Source: Blastocladiella emersonii ATCC 22665 (lineage: Eukaryota > Fungi > Blastocladiomycota). Taken from it: 64,000 nt of DNA. Shown here piece after piece: positions 58,230-64,000 of this stretch. A program made the translations under genes and the position numbers. Below the pieces are notes generated by a model, which saw only the letters and a list, made by a program, of their open reading frames with translations, was not told the DNA's origin and did no database searches. The DNA lies in the NCBI GenBank assembly GCA_025594325.1, contig JANHCV010000011.1, positions 1,302,001 to 1,366,000 of the forward strand. The letters are read 5' to 3'. How positions within the stretch are numbered: the first letter of the stretch is position 1; every line of letters begins with the position of its first letter.

Positions 58230-58834
58230 TCACTTGCGCTGCTTCGAGTCGAGGATGATGGTGACTGGCCCATCGTTGACGAGCGCGACCTGCATCATGG
58301 CCTGGAACACGCCGTCTACGCGAGCACGAGCTCGTTAGTTCCCACTCTTCTCTGCGCTGTCACAAGAGGGTGCTTACCGTGGATCTTGTCGCTCGCGTAT
58401 CCCTTGCGCATCTTCTCGAGGAACCCAGCGTACATGTCGCGGGCGCCGGCGGCACCCATGGACCCGTGGAAGTCGGGCTTGTTGCCCTTGGCCATGGACC
58501 CGTACAGCGTGAACTGCGACACGCACAGGATGTCGAGGCCGAGGTCCTTGGCCGAGGACTTCCACGCCGCGCCCGTGGCCGCGTCGTCGAACAGACGCGC
58601 CGCGAGGAGCTTGCGCACGCTGCGTTGGTCGCCGGGTTGGTGGTCAGGTCAGTTTATCGGTGGCTTCCTGTAGCCGTGACGATGGCCGACCCGTCCGTAC
58701 ATGTAGTTGACGTCGTCCTCCGTGTCGTCGATGGCCAGGCCGACCAGGACGCACAGGCCGCGGCCAATCTTTGACACGATGGCGCCGTCGACGGTGACGC
58801 TGGCCTCGGTGACGCGCTGGATGACGGCGCGCAT
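58230..58834 (-). CDS. DTD1: D-aminoacyl-tRNA deacylase
   Basis: [26 protein letters not shown] and [12 protein letters not shown]; two introns. Confidence 0.97.
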
Positions 58835-59179
58835 GATGGTTCGTTCGATTCGTTGAGGATTTTTGCGAGAGCAAAGACCGGACCCTGGACCGGACCCAAG
58901 TATAGGCCGCGGCCATGTCCCGCCCGCCTCCACGTCCCGCTCCGACTCAGCGGCGCGTGGCGCACCGCGACCGCGATGCGATGATCCGCGAGACAGCCCA
59001 GCGAGACGAAAACCAGCGTCACACCCACTCAGCTGACCGCGATCACAACACGGAACCGCGGTTTTCGCTGCGCCGTGTCGCTGCTGGGCACCGCGCGCGG
59101 AACTCGCCGCCATCATCCCTTGCACGGTCATCGGCCACGACGAAGCAAACGCACCACCCCCTGCAACGTAATCAACACC

Positions 59180-59712
59180 ATGGTCCGCCTCACCGACATC
59201 CACGACGACGGGCACGCGTCCGACGCCGACTACGTGAGCACCGACTACGAGTCGGACGCCGAGTCCGAGTACTCGGTCACGGACGAGTCGCTGCTCGACC
59301 GCGTCGCGGCGCTGCGCGACATTGTGCCGCCCGAGCTCCGCTACGCCGTCGCCGACAAGGCCGCCGCGCTCGCCGGCTTCGGCAAGGCCACGGCCTTCTT
59401 CCTCGGCCGCGCCGCCTGGGTCCTGTCCACCACCGCCATCGTCATGGTCGCCCCGCTCGTCTTCGAGATGGAGAAGGACAACCACATGGAGCTGCTCGAG
59501 CGCGAGCAGATGATGCGCGAGCAGTCGTCCAAGCAGGTCCGTCTCCGTCCCCTCCGGGTCTCGCGACGCGCATCCCCGCTTACCCCCGCCCCACTCCGCG
59601 CGTGTAGCTCATGGGCGGCGCTCCCGGCGTGGGACCCATGGTCGGCGCCCCTGGCGTCGTCGGTGCACCCGCGGGTGGCGCGCCCACCGCCATCGTGCCG
59701 CCGGGCTTCTAA
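59180..59712 (+). CDS. TOM22: Mitochondrial import receptor Tom22
   Basis: Acidic N-terminus, [16 protein letters not shown], and TM segment [20 protein letters not shown]; one intron. Confidence 0.92.
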
Positions 59713-60286
59713 GCTCGGTCACGACGTCCGATTTTTGCTACTTGTTTCTACCATCTGCCGTTGCCCACACACCACCACCGTATCGTATATATATTTCCAC
59801 CTGTGTACTCATCGCGCGCGCACTGGTCTCCCCTCCCGCTCGAGCGCGCTCGACTCGAGCCACCTTCGCGTGCTTCAATACGAAACTCATGCTGCCGCAC
59901 TTGACCCGCTGCACCGCTCGGACCTCATCGCATCGATCGACAAACTACCTCGTCAACGTTTGAGGGGATCCACCATGAGCTGTTCGGCCTTCATGCGAGA
60001 TGGGCCCCTAGCACCTCGTCGTCGCGGCGACCGACCATGTTCTGGCCGTGCAGCTTGTCAGTCATTGCGAGCGTCACGCTGGGGTTGACCTGCTGGCCGG
60101 GTCCCATGCGACGCGACGCGTCCTGTCCTGCGACGCGTCGTCACCTCGCGACCCTCCTCTCTCCCACGAACCCAACACCACTTGAAGCAAACGCAATCGA
60201 ATGAACCATGGACTCGGTGCAAACTGAAGCCAAGCTCGCAATCCCGCAACTCGTCGAGTCTGTTCTCGTTCGCGCCGTGCACCTTC

Positions 60287-62098
60287 ATGACCGCCACGAC
60301 TGCGCTGGCATGCTTGCATAACGTCATGCCGCCTACGGCCATTCCCGGCGTGACTGGTGCCGTTCTGGACCGCTGCTCGCACTTCACTCTTAACAAGGCG
60401 ACTGCAGCAGGTGACCTGGAGATGCTTCAGCGCTGGTCCCGGCACGGACGCATCCGGGGCTCGTTCGCGAGCTTTCGGTCCATTTACCGGGCGCTTCTTG
60501 ACGGTAACGACACGGTGGTCGCCTTCTGGCGGGACCGTTACCGCGCGACCCAGCACCGCGCGCGTTCCCTTGGCGACCAGCGACTCGAGGTCGCGCTCGC
60601 TGTGCACGAGCCCCGCCCGCTCCTCGGCCCCGCACCAGGCGATGCCGTTCTCGCCGGGGTGTTTGACAAGATCTCGGCTGGTCAAATCAACGCGCTTGTT
60701 CTCAAAAGCAAGCGACTGACACTCGAGGGTATCGACATCCTCAACAGCGCGCTTGCGTCCCCAAACCAACGCGGGAACGCGTCTCGCTTGTCTGCTGCGA
60801 CCTGAACACGGCCCGCGTGCTTGCAATCCGCCTGCCCAACTCCGTGACCTCGCTCGACCTCAGCATGCTGGTGCCGCAGCGTGGCCTCGGCCGACTCTTC
60901 CAGCAACTCCCGCCGCTGCTGACCACGCTCCGCTTGCAAGGATGTAAGCTGTCCCCGGCGCTTCTCGTCCAGCTTTTCGCTCATCTTCCCGTTTCGCTCC
61001 CGTTGCTCGCGACCCTCGATTTGTCCGATAACGAGTTTGACTCGGACGCCGTGTCAGCGTTTGCGATTGCTCATCTGCCTCGACTGGAGCGGCTGCTGCT
61101 TGGTCGCTGCCTCAAGGGCGATCGATACCAACGCGTCGCTGCTTCTGGGCCAACTTACGCTCGGCTTGGTCGAACTTGATCTCTCGCGAGTCCGAGGCCA
61201 AGGCGCTTCTTCGTGGCAGCAGTGGGATGTCTTCTTTGTTCGGTTTCGGCGGCTGTCGCTTCTCAGCAAGCTCTCGCTGGACGAATGCATCGTGCCCTTG
61301 TCGCGCCTGGTCCGCGTGCTCCCGGCTTCAATTCAAGAGCTTTCAGTTGGCGGCGGGCATCTCAATGACAGGTTCGCATCTGCGCTCGCCGACGACCGCT
61401 CGCAGGCCACACTGCGCAACCTACGCAAGCTCAAGCTCGGCCCTACGATCTTATCCACAAGCAACCGCTTCGCCGCGAACTTGGGACACGTACTACCCCC
61501 GTCCCTGACGAACCTCGAGATTCACGGGTACAAGGTGCCCCCAATACGCGAAGGCACGGTGGCCCTCCAGCGATGCATCCAATCTCTCACAGCTCGGGAA
61601 ATTCTCCACTCGCTCAAAATGGTCGATTTCGACGCTCGATCGCTCGGCTTTGCGCGTCTCGCTATCGCGCTGCCCAGGACGCTCCGCGAGCTCGAACTCG
61701 CTTCGAGGACGTGCATTCAAGACTTGGCGCCCTTGTTTGCTCACTTACCCATCGGCCTCACCCACTTTGCAGTCGGCAACACCGGGTTCGAGCCTCAAGC
61801 CAGCCACGCGCTCGCCGCGTGGCTCCGGCGCGCAACTTCGCTAACGCATCTCTCGCTCATTTCGTGCTACCTGACCTCCGAGGCGACGGGACTGATCGTT
61901 TCGGATCTCCCCAGCTCGCTCAGGATGATTCTTTTGGGCGGGTTCATCGACTGGGATGAGCAGGTCATCATCAGCGCGTTCGAGTCGCGCGCGCTTCCTG
62001 CAATCTCCGTCATCCACCTCGGCCATCCGCGCTGCAGTGCGCGGTTGACGGCGGAAGGACGAGGCCGCATCCAGCGGTTTCTCAAACGCGGTTATTGA
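60287..62098 (+). pseudogene. Ankyrin-like plus LRR gene interrupted by two frameshifts
   Basis: Three overlapping frames carry continuous Ank-like (ATAAGDLEMLQRW) and LRR (LTTLRLQGC, LATLDLSDN, LTHLSLISC) sequence. Frame switches near 60770 and 61115 have no room for introns. Confidence 0.65.
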
Positions 62099-62687
62099 TC
62101 GAGCCCGTTGCTTGCTTGCTTCGGCTCGGACACCACCACCGCGCCGCCACCCTCACCCCGATGTCGTGCGCGATCGCGGTGTGATGTGGATTGCTCATGC
62201 AACCTTGCACAAACACCACTGCGAACATCCTCTGAAACAATGAAGAACCTTCAGTAACTTCGTGCACGCGTTGTTTCGCCACGGCGACGTCATGCACGCC
62301 TCGCCGTTCAGTGCAGCCGTCTGGTCCACGAGTGAGCCCCACGAGTGGGCCTGGCTCAGCTCCCTTTCAACGCGTCGAGGGGCCGTGCTTAACAGCGCGG
62401 GGCACGCCTGTTGAACGACAGTTGGTTGGGGAACGTGTGCGAGAGACTCGAGGGACGCGACCAGAAAACATGTGACAGGTCTGAGACGCGTTGCGCCACA
62501 CGCTGAGGCGAGTCTGCTCCGCCTGGACGCCGACTCCCCCCTCCCTCGGCTGCTCGCTCTCTCAGGTCCCAAGCCAAATACGATACTGAGTGAAGAATGA
62601 AATTCTATCTACAAGCGGTGTAGGCGAGACGATGCCATGCCACGTCCTTCGTCATCAAAATCCATCGATCGTATCACCACCACCAAA

Positions 62688-64000
62688 CTAGCGACCACGC
62701 CTGGCGCGACCGCGCGACGTGCGCTGCGTCTGGCTCCCCTCGCCGGCGCCACCGCTACTACTTCCGGCGGCGGCGGGGAACGCCGAGGACGACGACGACG
62801 CGGACGCGGACGACTGGGTGCCAAGCGACTGCGTGTCGAACGAGGGCTGCGGCGGCGGCCGCTGCGTGAGCTCCACGTCCTCCTCCTCGTCGTCGTCGTC
62901 GTCGACGAAGATGACCTCGTTCTGCTCGTTCCCGTCCTCCTGCATCAGGTCATCCTCGTCGTCGTCGTCGAGCGGACGCTGCGTCAGGAGGATCGAGTTC
63001 TGGTTCGACGACTCGACGTACTCGGGCGGGCCCGACTCGCCGGCGCCCGCGGGGACCGCGGGGTTGCGCGTCGCGGCCGACGACATGAACCCGCCGACGA
63101 GCGAGACGAGGTTGGCGCGTTCGCTGCTGCTGCCAACACTGCTGCCGGTTCCAAATGGCGAGGCCGAGGTGCGCGTGCGCGACTGGTGGTAGTGGTGCTG
63201 CTGCGAGCGGAACGTCTGCGGGATCGAGGGCGGGAGCGACGGCGGGACAGGGCGCGACGCCGAGGCCGACGATGACGACGAAGACGAGCTGGGCAGGACC
63301 GAGGCCGTACCGCGGCGGCGCGCGCTGGACGCGGGCGGCGGGACGGGCGAGGACCCAGCCTCGGACATGGTCGCGTCGCCTCCGGCCGCGGCCGCCGTGT
63401 TGATAATCTCGACGGCGGTGGGCGGAACACGGGCGGAGTCGCCCGAGACGCCGGCGTGGGGCTTGGAGGCGGGGTCAAAGTCGAGGACAATGAACTCGGT
63501 GCGCTGGTTGCGGTTGACGGCGGCGACGCACCACCGCTCGTTGATCTGGAGCCGCCACACGTTGGACACGTGGGTGGCGAGGTCGCGCACGACGCGGCCG
63601 GTGCGCGGGTTCCACAGCTTGATGGCGCCCTCGGACCCGGACACGATCTTGTGCCCGTCGAACTGGAAGCACGTGATGGCGTTGGTGTGCGACGCGAGCG
63701 AGTGCACGAGCGAGTTGTCACGCGTGTCCCACACGCGCAGCGTCGAGTCGGCCGCCGCCGACACGAGCCAGTCGGGCGTGAGCTCGAGCAGGCCGACGAG
63801 CGACGTGTGGCCCTCGAGCGTCGCGAGGCACGTCCCGTTCTCCACGTCCCAGCACTTGACCTGCGAGTCCATGGACCCGGACCAGCACCGGTCCTTGCCG
63901 TCGAACACGATCGAGTACACCTTGTTCCCGTGGCCCGTCAGCTCGTGCTTGCACTTGCCCTCGACCACGTCCCACACGCGCACCGTGTTGTCGTACGACC
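62688..64000 (-). CDS. CDC4: WD40-repeat protein, Cdc4/Fbw7-like, 3' part (5' end beyond window)
   Basis: SYDNTVRVWD, GHGNKVYS, SGSMDSQVKCWD, GHTSLVGLL and LVSAAADSTLRVWD repeats; acidic Ser-rich tail. Confidence 0.75.
   Translation of the reverse strand, partial: SYDNTVRVWDVVEGKCKHELTGHGNKVYSIVFDGKDRCWSGSMDSQVKCWDVENGTCLATLEGHTSLVGLLELTPDWLVSAAADSTLRVWDTRDNSLVHSLASHTNAITCFQFDGHKIVSGSEGAIKLWNPRTGRVVRDLATHVSNVWRLQINERWCVAAVNRNQRTEFIVLDFDPASKPHAGVSGDSARVPPTAVEIINTAAAAGGDATMSEAGSSPVPPPASSARRRGTASVLPSSSSSSSSASASRPVPPSLPPSIPQTFRSQQHHYHQSRTRTSASPFGTGSSVGSSSERANLVSLVGGFMSSAATRNPAVPAGAGESGPPEYVESSNQNSILLTQRPLDDDDEDDLMQEDGNEQNEVIFVDDDDDEEEDVELTQRPPPQPSFDTQSLGTQSSASASSSSSAFPAAAGSSSGGAGEGSQTQRTSRGRARRGR

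Overview
This is a very GC-rich, gene-dense eukaryotic window with short (~55-70 nt) GT-AG introns (donors GTACGT/GTGCGT, CTRAC-like branch points). Gene content (CEP78, gamma-tubulin complex GCP2, class C GPCR-like receptor, PPG1, TOM22) points to a flagellated early-diverging fungus, most likely Blastocladiomycota; this is inferred, not verified. About 30 protein-coding genes are supported, mostly housekeeping: PPG1, CAF1/POP2, Elongin A, mitochondrial S6, GAR1, MED11, GCP2, FCF1, a STE7-type MAPKK, CEP78, PRP18, FES1, ADK1, DTD1, TOM22 and a partial CDC4-like WD40 gene. Five observations stand out. (1) Reciprocal inverted partial duplications of three genes at ~9-11.5 kb and ~28-30.4 kb fit a ~19 kb staggered-break inversion, leaving a near-identical truncated PRP18 copy. 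(2) There is an intron-containing D-Ala-D-Ala-ligase-like ATP-grasp gene. (3) A class C (Venus-flytrap) GPCR-like gene ends in a PH-like domain. (4) A Chk2-like FHA-kinase has lost its catalytic residues. (5) A MITE-like element carries 92-bp terminal inverted repeats. No rRNA, tRNA or CRISPR array could be supported. All alignments were done by eye.
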